A stretch of DNA of 64,000 nt from NCBI GenBank assembly GCA_023213395.1, contig CM041465.1, forward strand, positions 199,399,741 through 199,463,740, in the 5' to 3' direction. The DNA comes from Cycas panzhihuaensis (taxonomy: Eukaryota > Plantae > Cycadophyta). The translations under genes and the position numbers were made by a program. Of the stretch, positions 36,301 to 51,300 are shown one piece after another. The notes under the pieces were generated by a model, which saw only the letters and a list, made by a program, of their open reading frames with translations, had not been told where the DNA came from and did no database searches. The first letter of the stretch is position 1, and every line of letters begins with the position of its first letter.

Positions 36301-39300
36301 AGTTATGGTAAATTGTAGTCAGGCTTGGACCTTAAAGCTGGTGATAGAAATTCCTATATGTATAATTGGTTGCAAAAAATATATGGAGTCAATACACCAA
36401 GTACTGAGTGTTATAATATGAGAATTATTCCCAATGTTAATCATAGTATGGAGTCTGAAAATATGGATAGTCGTGAAAACACAAATGAGCATTGCTAAGA
36501 GGGTGATAATGATGAATGTTTGAGCATAGCTAGCAGTGAGGATTTTTATACTATTATGGATAATAAGGAATGCAGGGATGAATATTTTGATGTTAATGAC
36601 AACTTTGAGAATGCTTACTTCGGTATTGGGAAAAACTATAAAGGAAAGGGAATGCATGATAGCCATAGTTCTGCAAATCAATGTGGCAAAGGGGTAGATC
36701 AATTGAGGGATAGTAAAAGGAACCCAACAAAGTAGACCACATCAAGGAAAATGCAGAAAAAGGCATGGCATGACTTATATGTTAGGGCATCGTATTTAAA
36801 AAAAGTGATCGAGTATGGCAGTTTGATAACGAATCCCAAATGCATCAAGGAGAATTAAAGATGCATTGGAAAGGATCGTACGTAATCTGTATAAGAATGG
36901 CATTGTTTGGTTGAGGGAACTAGTAGGACAACTACTGCTGAAATGGTCAAGGGCAATAAATGCAAACCTTGCCATAGCTAGGGCAGGGAAAATTTTATGG
37001 AGTCATCAACCGAGTGTATCATAATATGTTGCTTGAAGTTAGGGACAATCAAAGTTGTCTTGATATTAGGAGTTCAATTCCATCCTAATGCGTGAATACA
37101 AAAATACCAAAAAAAAAAAAGAATAAATAAATTAAATAGTTCAACCATAATTCGTATCTTACAACTAATCAATATGCCCAATCACCAAAATTAAGGGAAT
37201 TGGCCCCCCATCCTCACCGCTCTCGCGCACCCACTCCCCAAACAAAAGAAAAGGGGGGTATTTTGAGCATTTCGCTCACTGCTCTAGGCATAAGTTACCT
37301 TCCCAATCAACATTGGTTTAAGCAATTGTAAGAGGATGTGCATAGGAGAGAAGCACAAGTTACTGACTTGCAAGGGCAACCTAAAAGTAGAGGAAGGGGG
37401 TAGATGGCCCACCACCAAATTCAAAATTTTTGGTAGCAAAACAAGTTTGGTAACATTTTTGAGTATTAAGCAAGGATGCTTAATGTTTTCGAACTTTGGG
37501 ATAGATGTGTGTATGATATTTGATACTTGAAATAGCCAAGAATTGCATAAATGGATAAATTGGGCCTCGAAATAGTCAAAATGAGCCCTAAAATGGTTTA
37601 GAACACCAAAATGAACCCATAAATGACTTGTAATGGCTAGAACAGATCCATAAATGGTTAGAACAATTGCAAGAACGATCATAACAGTTGTAGGAATGAT
37701 TGGAATGGTTGTAGGTTTGTAAAATGACTCTCTGGGAATGGTTGTAGGAATGATTGGAATGGTTTCTAGTGTATTGCAGAACGATTATCAAGGAAAGGGA
37801 ATAGTTCTCAAGGAATGAGAACAATTAAGAGAAACCATTCTTTGCCAACACTTGGACTTCAATAAAAAATGGCCATATAGATGTATGAATGCATGGAAAT
37901 GTTATGTTTTAACGAAGTGTAATCAAGTTTTGTTATGGAAGGTCAAAAGTCATTTGGAATGGTTGTGATTTTAAGGCAAAAGGTTGTAAAACATGGTATA
38001 AATAGGGCTTTTTCACCATGGGTTTGGTGTGATAGTTGAGCCTTGAAGCATATTTATGTGCAAGACATTCCCAAGGCATTGTATCTGGTTATTGATTAAT
38101 GGCATATTGAGCTATGAGGAAAACTTGTGTATAGTGAAGAGTAAGTGTTAACATGCAGCATCAAGTCGGCAAGGTGTGTGGAGCTTGAAGCATGAGGTGA
38201 CTAGCATCAAGGAGATGAGGACATTTGAATCGTGACTTGATGGGTGGTTTCGACACTCAACAACTTGGAGACCACAAGATACAAGGATTTTGAATATTGA
38301 TTTTGATTTAGAGTTAAGTGCTATTAGGAAATGAGAAGATGAAGAAATCTAATGAATAGATAAAGTTTTGGTAACATTGATAAGATTAAGAATTTGAACA
38401 TCAAGAAGTGTTGAACCCATTATTGTATTTGTTTGTAAAACTCATTATTAACAATGATGTTGAGTATTATGGCAATCATTTGGTGCAGCAATGTGGGTAA
38501 CATTTTTTTGGGAGTGAGGTGGTTGGGGTCAGGAGGAGGGGTGGGGGTAGTTGTAATGGTGGGGTAAATGATAGTGTTGGAAATAATATTGGGTGTAACA
38601 ACAATAGCAAGGGAAACAACATAAGCACTCTCATTTACATCTCCATTGATAATGTGTTTTGACACAACATTTGATGAGAGTGAAGATTTGTCATGATCAT
38701 TTATTATTGCTTCAAAATTGAATATTGTTGAAGAGCATAATAGAGGAGGAGATTCTTCTTTGCATTTCAAGTTGCAAAGCTTGCATGGTAGAAACGTATT
38801 TGTGCAATAACCCATCTTGGAAAGAGCTAAAAGATCTCATATATTAGATATTGTTAGATTCCACAATAATCTACCAAGCTTTCCAAGGGATATAAGAGAT
38901 GCATGTGGAAATCATCAGGGATTATATCAATACATTAGTATCAAGGATGAGGATGAGAGTGTTAACTGAACAGAAATTAAAACAAAAGAGAAATAAGAGA
39001 GATGGAATGAATCCTCATTGTTTTGGCTTGGAGACATTGTCTCTATAAATATACATTAGTGTTGTGACTGTTACAACTTGAAATGTAACTGACCTTTCTT
39101 ATAGTGATACTCATCACAATATCTAATGTAAGTTACAACATGAGGGTGTGCAACATTGCCCCTTACTTAACTTTAGGATAAAACATTATATCCTAACACC
39201 CTCTCTTAATGTTTTATCTCTTTTAGCCCTATTCTATCTCTTAGAATTTGGAACTTTTCTTTTCCAAGAGGTTTTGTCATTAGATCTGCAATTTGCTCTG

Positions 39301-42300
39301 TAGTGGGGCAATATTCCAATTCAATTTCCTTGTTGTGAACTTTTTCTCTTATAAAGTGATGGTGAACTTCTATATGCTTTGTTCTGGCATGGAGAACTAG
39401 ATTCTTAGTCAACTTGATGGCACTTTGATTGTCACAGTACAGAACTGTTGCCTAACTTTGTTGTTGTTCCACTTTAGCAAGAAGTTGTCTTAACCAAACT
39501 GCTTCACACGTTGCAGTTACAACAGCCTTGTATTCAACTTCAGTTGATGAAAGTGTGACTGTGGGTTGTTTCTGGCTACACCAGGAAATGGTAGTTGATC
39601 CTAAGAAGAAACAGTATCCACTTGTGGATTTCCTTTGTTCTTTATCACTTGTCTAGTTTGAGTCATAATATCTTATTAATTCGACTGTCCCTTTGCTGGA
39701 ATAAACTAATTTTAGATCCTTTGTACCTTGTATCTTAATATTCTTTTGGCTGCTTTCCAGTGTCAGACTTTGGGTTCCTGCATGTTCCTGGAGACCAACC
39801 CTACCGAGTATGTTATATCCGGTCTGGTGGCTGTAAGATGTATCAAACTCCCGATCAATTGTCTGTACAAAGTGGCATTTACAACTTGTTCTTTTTCTGC
39901 CACTAAGTTGCAATTTACTTCCATGGGTGTTGCACATGGATTGCAATCTACCATCTGAAATTTGACCAATAGATCTTTTATATATTTTCTTTGAGATAGG
40001 GCAACGTGATTTTGTTGTTGGTCTACTTCTAGTCCCAAATAGTAGTTTAGGGGCCCGAGATCTATCATTTCAAATTTCTTTTTGAGTTCCCTTTTTATGT
40101 TCTTGATAGATTCTTCATCATTCCTTACAAGAATCATATCATCTACATAGACAACAATGGCTATAATTAGTCCATATCTTTTCCTTGTGTACAAACTAGA
40201 GTCAGAACTACATTTCTAAAACCCATTTTGACATAGATGCTGATCCAATTTAGCATACCAAGCTCAAGGAGCTTGTTTCAACCCATGCAGAACCTTTTTC
40301 AACTTGCACACTAGATGTTCTTGTCCTTCTTTGATGTACCCTTCTGGTTGTGCCATGTAAACTTTCTCTTCTAAATCTCCATTCAAAAAAGCACTTTTTA
40401 CGTCAAGTTGAAAAAATTTTCAATTATTCAAGGCTGCTAAAGCAATGATTGTTCTTACCGTATTCATTTTAGCCACATGAGAGAAGGTTTTTTCAAAGTC
40501 AACTCCAATTGTTTGGGTAATTCCCTTTGCAACAAGACGAGCTTTGTATTTTTCCACCTTTCCACTAGCTCCCTCTTTGATTTTGTAGACCCATTTGCAA
40601 TTCACAACTAGTTTGTCGGGAGGTAGTTCCACCAATTCCCATGTTTGAATTCTAGTAATTGAATCCATCTCAGAGTCCGTGGCTTCCTTCCATTTTGGCT
40701 AATTTTGGGCTTCTTGAAAAGATTGTGGTTCAACTCGGTTGAGCAAGGCCTTGGGCCTCTGACTTCTTGTTTTGTGTTCAAGCACATTTCCTCCTCCAAC
40801 TGTTTTGATGAAGCACTTGGGCAATTTCTTTTCTTTCTTTGACTCTTCTGATAATTGCTTTGTAGATGAAATTTCTCCCCCTGCTGATTGTTTTTAACTT
40901 TCTCCCATGGCCAACTCTTTTGTGAGAGGGATTTCTTCTGTGGTGATCTCTGAAGTTTCTTCTATGATGACCTGAATCCTTTCCTCCTCCTTCAATTACT
41001 TTCATCTATAAGCCTAATCACCTAAATTGTCTTCTTCATTGAAGACAACATCTCTGTTTACATATGTCTTATTAGTTTTGGGATCAATGCATTTGTAAGC
41101 TTTTGAGTTTTTGCTATATCCTATCATGATACATTCTATGCTTTTTGCATAAGGTTTTGATCTCCTCTTGTCTGGTATATGAATAAAGGCCTGGCTACCA
41201 AATATCTTGAGAGAACTAACATTGGGTTTCTTCCCTGTCCAAGCTTCCTTTGGAGTGATGTTCTCCAATGCTTTCGTTGGACTTTTATTTATTAGATAGC
41301 AAGCAGTGCTAACTGTCTCAGCCCAATATGATTTTGGAGTTTGCTTCTCATGGACCATGTTGCGAGCCATTTCCATTAGAGTTCTGTTTTTTCTCTCGGC
41401 AACCCCATTGGACTGAGGTGTATAGGGAGCTGTAAGTTGTCTACGCATCCCATTTAACTTATAGTAGTTTAGGAAGTCCTTCGAGATGTATTCACCTCTT
41501 TCGTCTGATCTAATGCATTTTATTTTGGCTTCAGATTCCAATTCTACTTTTGCTTTGAACTCCTTAAAAATTTCAAAAATTTCTGATTTATTATGAAGAA
41601 AATATATCCATACCTTTCAAGTGAAATCATCAATAAAGGTGAGAAAGTATCTGCAACCATTTATTGAAAGAGGTGTGAGTGGTCCACAAAGATCTGTATG
41701 GATCAGTTCTAGCTTGGTTTGAGCTCGCCATTTGCTTTCTTTGAATGGTAGTCGATGTTGTTTTCCACATTAGCAACCCTTGGAGACAAAATTATCAGTG
41801 GAGATGTGAGGTAATCCATTCACCATGCTAGATTTTTTCGTTACTTTTAGTGTTTCTATTGGAAGATGTCCATACTTCAAATGCCACACTTTATTATTAG
41901 AGTTTATAGCAACACAGGCCTTTACATCCAGATTGGGTATTACAGGATCTGACATTAGTCAGTACAGATCATTGCATCTTATTCCTTTAGCTATTGCTTC
42001 CCCATTATTTTTCATATCTAGTATATGCCAATAGCCTTTTTCATCAAACACAATTCTTAGTCCCTTTTTGCTAAGTTGTGAGACAAATAGAAGATTCGTT
42101 TTCAATCCAAGGACTAACAACACATTCCTAATTTTCTTCACATTTCCTTTCAAGTCAACAGCAATGGTACCTACCCCTTTTATGCTAAGTGGATACTTAT
42201 CTCCTAATTCGATTGATTTGTCCATGCTGTAGGGTTTTAGAATTTCAAACCAATCTTCATGATTGGTCATGTGTCGCAAAGTTCCTAAGTCGATGTACCA

Positions 42301-45300
42301 AGTGTCTCTTTCCTTCAGTCCTACTGAAAGTGTGGCAATAAATGTTGTTTCTTCTTCTTCTTCCTAGGTTTGTTCTTTGCTGTAGTTGCCAACTGGTCGT
42401 TTCCCTCTCTGAATATCTGTTTTTCTCTATGGGCACTGGTAGGGATAATGTCCTGACTACCTGCAATGATAACATACGTCAAATGCTCTACAAGCACTGG
42501 AGAAACGTCCAGGTCATCCACAATTAAAGCAGATTCTTGAATCTCTGCTTCCTCCACGTCGGCCACGTCCCCGAGGACCCAAGCTCAGCCTGGATGCAAA
42601 TGCACCCTCCAATTCTGAAGAATCTTCATAGTGCCTGTTTCTCTATTCCTATCTTAACAGTAACCCAGTTAATTCATCAAGAGACATAACATCAATTTGA
42701 TTTTTGTTTACTATGGTGTTGATGGTAACATCGAAGGATTTTGGTAGCTTTTTGGCTAGCATTTGCACCAACTCTTGTTCTGGAACAACTTCTCCTACAC
42801 TTAAGAGACTATTTCTAAGTGAAGTAACTTTATGTATGAATTTAGTTACTGTTTCACTTTCTTTCATGTGAAGTTTGTATAAGTCTTCCTTGAGAGCAAA
42901 TATCTTGCTTTGTTCTTTTGGCCAAAGAGATTTTCAAAGCATTTCTAGATAGCTGAAGCAAAGTTCAATTTTTCTACATAAACCGAAAGAGGGTGTGAGA
43001 CAAAAAGTTTTAAGATAATTACTTCCACATTGTCTCTTTCTGTCCAATTCGGCAAGGATGCACTGGTACTAACTGGCTTGGCTTCAGAACCATTGGCAAT
43101 TTTCCAAGCATTTTTAGCCCTAAGAAATGTTTCTACTTTTATTTTCCAAATGCGATAATTAGTATCTGTAAGTTTATCCTGATCAGATAAACCAAAGATG
43201 GGAGATGCCATTGGAATTGCTAACATGACTTAGAAGTTGAGGTGGTCAGATAGTCGCATGCATTTCGTACAAAAAATGAAGGTGCACGAATACTAGCGAA
43301 AGTGGTCTCAAAAGAAGGGTATTGAAGAGTAGATTTCAAATCTATAAAAATTTTGTTGAGATTTCCATTAAAATCTAAGAAAACTGGCCTGCAAATGGAG
43401 GAATTGCGGCTAGGGTTTTTGCCCAAAAATGCAAATATCTCTTTAAAACAGTGAAAATAATCATTGAGCTTGGATTCAAATCAACAAGAGCTTAGATCAA
43501 AATGTATTAAGTCTGTGATATTACTCGAATTTTTGAGCAGACTTGAGAGAGATCTGAGAATTTATCTCTAAACCCGCGTGGTTGGTAAAGTAGAGAAAAG
43601 GGCCTCAAAACTGCTTCAAATGCACTTGCTCCAGAAGGAAAAGATGTTCCTCGTGATGAGAGGAACCTACAGACCAATCTTCATCATAGTGTGAGAGGGT
43701 CGAAATTCTGCTGACCGTATAGGTCTATACAGGTGATCTGAATAGCTTCTTCTGCCTTCTGTCTGATCTCTTGACTTCCTTTTCTGTTCTCCTTGAGACT
43801 TATCCTGAATAATCTTGCTCATCTCCTAGATTTTTGATTAGGCAGCCAGAAAGGCCTGCTTTGATACCATGTTAACTAAATAGAAATTAAAACAAAAGAG
43901 AAATAAGAGAGATGGAATGAATCCTCATTATTTTGGCTTGGAGACATTGTCTCTATAAATATACATCAATGTTGTGACCGTTACAACTTGAAATGTACTA
44001 ACCTTTCTTGTAGTGATACTTGTCAGAATATCTAATGTAAGTTACAACATGAGGCTGTGCAACATTACTCCTTAACTTTAGGATAAAGCATTATATCCTA
44101 ACAGAGACAAGCCATAGATGACCCCTTGATGATGGACTATTTCATGAAGGGATTGTTGCTAAAGCTTTAGAATGAATTATATCCACATCTAATTAAGACC
44201 TATAATTTAGGGGGAAATAATGTAGTGGATTTTGAGTTACATAGGTGGAATGTAGAAACAAGATAGGTTTAGAGTGGGGAAAGGAGATGCAAAGAATGTA
44301 TGGCTTTAGAGAGATGAGTTACAAATAATAAGGCATATCATTAAGATTGATATTGTGGAAAATATGGAGCCAATGAGCCTAATGGCATGTATGGGGGTAT
44401 AATTGGATAGTTGAAATTAGAGAAGGCCTTGTGAGAAGTCACTATTGGTAATAAACAGCTAGGGATGGTAGGAATTGAGGATCAAATGTCAAGATTACAA
44501 CTTCAACATATTGATCACATTAGTTCTCATCAATTCTTGAAGTGTAACTTTGTAGGCTTATCATTTAATATTCAAAGGTCCAAGTCACTTGCAACCACTT
44601 GCATCATAATCTCCTTTGAAATGAGATTTCATAACATTTTGAAGTTTTTGATTTTGAGTTTTGAATGTAAACACTATGACACTTTTGTCCAAGTTTCTTA
44701 AAGCTGTGTGTAAATACCTAGGTGCTATAGGTAAAATTCTATATGTTGGCTTGTGGAGGATAGAGAGAAGGGAAATGCTCATTGTGTAAAATCCCTTGCA
44801 TCTAATGTAAAAGTCCGAATGTTGCAAGTGTATGTAGTGTATTATGATTTTGTAGATCAACCAACAATTTTGGCAATAATTTTTGCATTAGATGATAGTC
44901 TTGCATAGTGGAGATTATTCAATGCTTGTGATGATTGCAATTTGGAGAAGAATTGACATTGTGGACTGTGATTATGTTGCTAATGATTGTGATTGTGATC
45001 TATAGTGGATGTCTAATTGCAATCCTATTGAACCTATTTGAAGATGAACACAAACTCATTGAGATCATCATGTCATGGATCGCGATTTGACACTTTTGTG
45101 TTCAACTTATTGGAGATGAAGTGCCTTTGTTATATACTTTTTGAAGCCTAAAAACAAAATATCATGTAAGATGATAGACAAATTGTATATTTTATTACAT
45201 AGAAGTGGTGGTTGTTATTCAAGTTATTTGTCAACTATTAAGTTGTTTGAAGCTAGTTACAATTGGTAACCAATCATTGTGTATAAGTCATAGGAGTGAC

Positions 45301-48300
45301 GTAAGGAGTATTTAGCCTTACTTTTCGAGAATCTTGTCTTGAGTTTCAATTGGTGTAGAAAAATATAGTGTGCGGGAGAATGAAACACATAATTTTGAAA
45401 GGAATTTTGGTAGAAGTTGGTCGTACCAGATGTGACCAAAGGGGAGACCAGCTACGACCAAAGGTGCGACTAGGTTGCAATTGGAGTACGACCAAGACCC
45501 TAGAACGTAATTATAATGGCTGATGTTAATGTTAATACATTGTTAGTTGGAGAAGGGTTAGGGGTGAAAGACTATAAAAGAACATCAGATGCATATAGTG
45601 GGAAGATGAGATGAGACTGCATTAGGCTTTCCTTCTCTTCTTCCATTCTATATCTCCTTGCATATTGGATTGAGGGTTCTACAATTATTGTAGTTCGGAC
45701 TTGCGCTTGACCCTTCTTGGGTCGGTGCAGTCCCCTTCTTGGTAATGAAGTCAGGTTTGCCTCAATCTATTGTGTACATTATATTTATGCTTCCATGTTG
45801 GTAATATAAGCATGCTGTCTTCGTAATATGATTGTTAATTCTCGTGTGTTCCCTTTTTGTTTGAGTTCTATTTGTAACAAAGGAAGGACATACATTTTGG
45901 TGTTGTTGCAATGGTTCGAATCATTGGGATTTTTTCCAGATTTTCGTTTCTAGCACGCATCCTTGAAAAAAAAAAAATTGCTATTTATACAGGAGACCAA
46001 GTATGTCTTTAGTAGAATTGTCTTGCTCCTCAATAAGGTTTTTCGAGCAATTGGATGGCATGTATACCATTTCTAGGAGGTTGCAGGTAAAGCAAGTCAA
46101 GGAGGATTTCATGGTGACTCTTCTTCTTCATTGAAAATTTGATTCGGTAGCCCGATGATCCAGAGCGGCAAAGAATCTCTATGGGAAGAGACTATTAGTT
46201 TGAAGGAGGCCCTTCTTGAGCAGACTTAGACTTTGAAAGTTTAGAAGATTTACTTTATCTACGTTGAATCTGAGAAGAAGCTTTAAGACAAGATTAAGAG
46301 ATGTAATTTACCTTCTCTCAGTTCAACTCCTAATTTCTTTATAGCCATAGCCATACATTTGGTTCTCCCAATTGCACCTTGGACTGTTCCTTCTCAAAAA
46401 TCTGGACTTGTAGGTGCGAAAATCAGCAGAAAATGAAGCCAAAATAACGCAAGTGTGCAAACAGATCACAGATAGTAAATCACCAAAATGAGTACCGAAG
46501 TACTTTCTCTTTCAAGATACAATACTCAACGACATTACAAGTGATTTAACCCTTTAAATACACAAATAAGGGACTTCATCCTTATGATTCTATTGGTGGC
46601 CCTAGCGGCCTTACATCTTATTGGACGACTTAGCGGTCCATATACACATCTTAATAAACACCTTAATCCTTACTCGTTGGTGGCTCCTTCTCGCTAATGC
46701 TAAGGAAAGGTGGGGTTATGTAACAAGTCCCCCCCCTGAGACATTGAGTCCTCGCAGCGTTAGAGATGAGGATGTTGCTGGATGAACTCGTCGGATTCCC
46801 ATGTAGCTTCGTCTGCATCGCAACCGACCCACTGTACCAAGTGTTCAGAAATAGTGCGATTCTGGAGGTGGCGCTGGCGACTGGCAAGGATTTTATCAGG
46901 AGGAATTGTGAGAGTTTGCTCTTCAGAGAGGATGGGTAAGGTTGTGTGGGGTGTAACTTTAGCGCCAAGGTATTTTTTTAGGCAGGACACATGGAAAACA
47001 TTATGGATATTAGTATTTGGGGGGAGTTCAAGGGTGTAAGCAACTTCACTGATTTTGTGCAAGATCTTATAAGGGCCATAGTAGCGGGGGCTTAGTTTAT
47101 GCCCTTGATGTGACTTAAGGGATTGTTGCTTATAGGGTTGGAGGCGAAGGTATACTAGATCTCCAATATCAAATGATCGATCAGATCGGTGGTGGTTTGC
47201 GAGTTGCTTCATTCGATTCAGGCGGTGGCTAAATTCTGTCGAAGGGCATGCAAGATTTGATCCATTTCTTGAAGCTTTTGTTGCACAAAAGCTGTTCAAA
47301 GGTTTGTGGCTAGGGTATGGTGGGAAGGTGGGTGGTAGCCATAAAGAGCCAAAAAAGTGGACATACCAATGGCAGAATGATGGGAAGAATTATACCAATA
47401 CTTAGCCAAGGCAATTGGGATTTGGTAGTGATTAGAGGTCTAACTTAAAAAAAATGGTTGCACGATGGATTTCGTCCAACATGTCATCTATGCGGGGGGT
47501 GGGAAACTTATTTTTAATGGTAATCTTATTTAATTCCTTATAGTCAACGCAAAGGCGAAAGGAGCCATCCTTCTTCCTAACTAAGACAATTGGGGCTGCA
47601 TAAGGGCTTTTACTTGGTTGGATTATGCCCATGTCGAGGAGCTCGTTTGTGAGTTTCTCAATTTCATTCTTTTGGAAATATGAGTTACGGTAAGGTCGAA
47701 GGTTGATAGGGTCATGGTTAGTTTAGAGGTCAATTGTATGATAGAAACCGCGGTTGGGAGGGGTAGTGGCAGGCAGAGGGGCAAGTACTTGTTCATATTG
47801 GGTAATGACATCTTGGATGCGTGGATGAATTTGTGGTGCGATTTGAATATTATTGAGACGGACTATATACCCTAGGCGAGATTGAAGATGGTGTTTCATA
47901 CGTCTAGGAGAGACCACTTGGTTAGGGGGGGATTGCATTCCGAAAATTTTGTGATTTCGACCCATGTGGTCTTTGAAGGCAATGAATGGATTTGTAGGCG
48001 AGTTGTTCGTGCTATAGGTCCCTAGTGTTTGCAACCATTGAATTCCCAAGATAGCATCGGATCCTCCTATTGACAAGGCATAGAAGTCTGGCACCAAAAA
48101 GTATGAGCTAATTTGGACTTGGAGATTTTTAATAACACCTGCATAATGGAGTTTCTAGTACCTTGGTAGAGAACATGTGAAGCCAGTTTTTGGAACAATA
48201 TATAGGTTGAGTTGTCTGGCTATCGAAATATCGATGAAGTTAAGTGACGTGCCATCGTCGATCAAGATAGATATTGGAGTTTTACGGAGGATGCCTCTAA

Positions 48301-51300
48301 CTCGTAAGGGTTCAGGGTAGGTGGAGGTGGTGACAACAGATATAGAAACTTCGGGGTGGCGGTATGGTGTAGGTTCATCATGGGTTTCATCATCAGCCTC
48401 ATGGTCAGAGTCAGAGTTGGAGGGATCATCAGGGGAGAGGGATGGGTCGATGGAGAAAACCATACGCCACGCTTTGCAAAAGCGACCATGTCTGGAAGTC
48501 CACTTTTCTGCACACTACATACAAAGGCCAACCTCTAGACGACATTGTGCTTCAACTTGAGAAATTTGGACTCTTTTGGTGGATGTGTCATCATTCTGGC
48601 GATCAATAGATGGGCAGGTGGAATCATCCTGTCGGGGCCGAGGACGTGTGAAGTCGGCTTGAGGACGAGAGGCATCATCAAATCGAGGTCGAGGTCGAGG
48701 TCGCTAGAAGTCTAACTGTCGAGTGCGTGAGGACCAAGAGTTATCCCGACGAATAGTTGAGGGTCTGTTGGCTACAAACTCGACTTCTACTGCACGGGCC
48801 CACTTGAAAGCTTCCTTAAGGGAGTAGATTGCCATTGTCTTTAATCTCATTTGAATACGGTCTTAGAGTCCTGCCACATAAATGTCAATCACGGTTTGTT
48901 TGTCCAAGTTTTGGCTTTGTGGTAAGCGATTATATAAGGCTTGAAATTCATCCATGTAAGCCTCTATGGTTGAGGTCTGCTTAAGCCAAGTGAGTTGTGT
49001 GAAGAAACACTGACTCCATGTGTCTTCATATTGTTCAAAGAAACAACTAGTGAAGTGGGACCATGTTTGGTGAGAGGGATATTCTCGCTTCCACTAGTTA
49101 AACCAATGGTGAGCTCGACCATCTAAGTGGATGGAAGCGTATCGACCTCGAAGTTGGTCCTCTTCTGACATCGGGTGAAGAGTGAAGTAGGATTCTAACT
49201 TGTTAATCCAACTTCGAGTGCACTCTCTATTCACATCTGGATCAAAGGTAGGAATATTGATTTTATGGTGGAAAAAGGGTTGTCTTGGTGGAGACCCTCC
49301 TATATTGCTTCCTTGAAAGGGGGGAGGTTGGTTGCCTGTTGAGTTAGAAGTTCGTGTGCTTTGGGATTGAGGTGGTAACAACTGTTGAAGCTAACTGACA
49401 ATCTTTTGCCTAGTGTTGTCCAGGTCGGATTTGGTAGGCATGTCGTTGAGACTATCGTTGACCTCTGTTTTGAAGTTAGACAAGTCGTTGGTCAACTCCA
49501 AAATTTTCTCTGTGTGAGTTTTTGCCATTGGAGTTGAAGAAAGGGATTAAAGAAGCGGGAATAAGTAGAAAGAAGGGAAATAAACGAAGTGGGACAGAGC
49601 AAGAAAGAACAAGATATAAGAATATGGAGTTATTATAGGGGAAGAAGGGGCGAATAAGGGGGATGTGGGGTGTCTATAGCCTGTTGACCCCAAATTACAT
49701 AGGCAAGATGTTTGGTCCACTAGAAATAGCACAAAAAACTCATCAAAATGGGGTGTATGAGTTTTAAGGTGAATTTGAAGTGGTGGGGGATGGGGGGTGG
49801 TGGGACCCATTGGTGACTAGGTACTAAAAATCGTGAAAATTTCTGGTATATACCAACCTAGTGCAAACTGACCAGTACGATGTGCTGATCAAAATGGGGT
49901 ATATGCTTGTAAGGGTAAATTTTCTCACTAAATTAAGGGGCTTGGCTCAGGAGTGTTACTCCAATCCTTCATGCAAAGGGCGGAGGAGCCACGATGCGCT
50001 TAGCCGTAACCATGCATCCTCGTGATATTTAAAGGCCCTGCATGTGGTCTCTACTTGACTACTTGGGTAGCCACCTAGCGGAGTTATCTACCCGGGAAAG
50101 GAGGTGGGAGGGAGAAAGGGTAGCCGCCCAACAGAGTTATCTACCCTTGAGTTATGCAGAATTTAAAATATAGAAATGAAATTAAAACTGGATGAAAAAT
50201 GGAAGGATAAAGTAATTGGCGTTAACTGGGAAAAGAATTTCCCTTTTCTGCCAACTCTTAGTCTGTCCTAGTACCGTTCCTCAATCTCCGTGGAGAGAGT
50301 ACTAAGTGAGGGTCTTTCCTCAATCTCTACTAGAGAGAGTACTTGATTTGACAGGAAAAAAAAATTCTGATCTTTTGGGCAGATTCCCACGATCGTGACG
50401 CAACTCTGATACCACTTGGACTGTTCCTTCTTGGAAATCTGGACTTGTAGGTGCGAAAATCAGCAGAAAATGAAGCCAAAATAACGTAAGTGTGCAAACA
50501 GATCACAGATAGTAAATCACCAAAATGAGTACTGAAGTACTTTCTCTTTCAAGATACAATACTCAACGACATTACAAGTGATTTAACCCTTTAAATACAC
50601 AAGTAAGGGACTTCATCCTTATGATTCTATTGGTGGCCCTAGCGGCCTTACATCTTATTGGATGACTTATAGCAGTCCATGCACACATTTTAATAAACAC
50701 TTTAATCCTCACCCGCTGGTGGCTCCCGCTCACTAATGCTATAAGGAAAGGTGGGGTTATGTAACACACCTTCTTCTATTTTGGGTAAATTTGTAGCATA
50801 GCCGCTTGAAATTGCATTGTCCACATCAAGAAAGTTGCTAAGACAAAGGTGGTTGAGGCAATTGTGAATAAGGATGAAAAGATGGAAGTTTAGTCTAAAG
50901 CTATAGAAGTGGGTGAAAGAAGGAATCCTCAAGAGAACCTATTGACATTAAAAGATAAAGACTCCAAAGATACCACTCAAGAACCTACCAATGAGGAACA
51001 GGTCAAGGAAGAGCCCAAATATGATGAGCTAGAAGTAGTCCAGGGCATAAGACAGTTGTAGACAAGACTCGAAATTCCAACAAATAATGTTCAGAATTGT
51101 AGTAGATTTTAATAGAAAATAATTGACAAAATTTTAGTAGATAATGCTCAAAACTACAGTAGATTTCAATAGAAAATATCCAACAAAATTTCAGTAGATA
51201 GTGCTCGAAGCTGTAGCAAAATTTCAGCAGATAGTGCTGGAATTTTAGTTTGCTTACCAAAAAGACATGAAACTTCCTAGATGCCTCAATTGTTTTAGTT

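Noticed and set aside
37089-38400. Possible LTR with gaatggttgtag repeats and a TATA box at ~37996
   Set aside because: Probably retrotransposon-derived, but no partner LTR, PBS or TSD could be identified, so it was not delimited as a feature.
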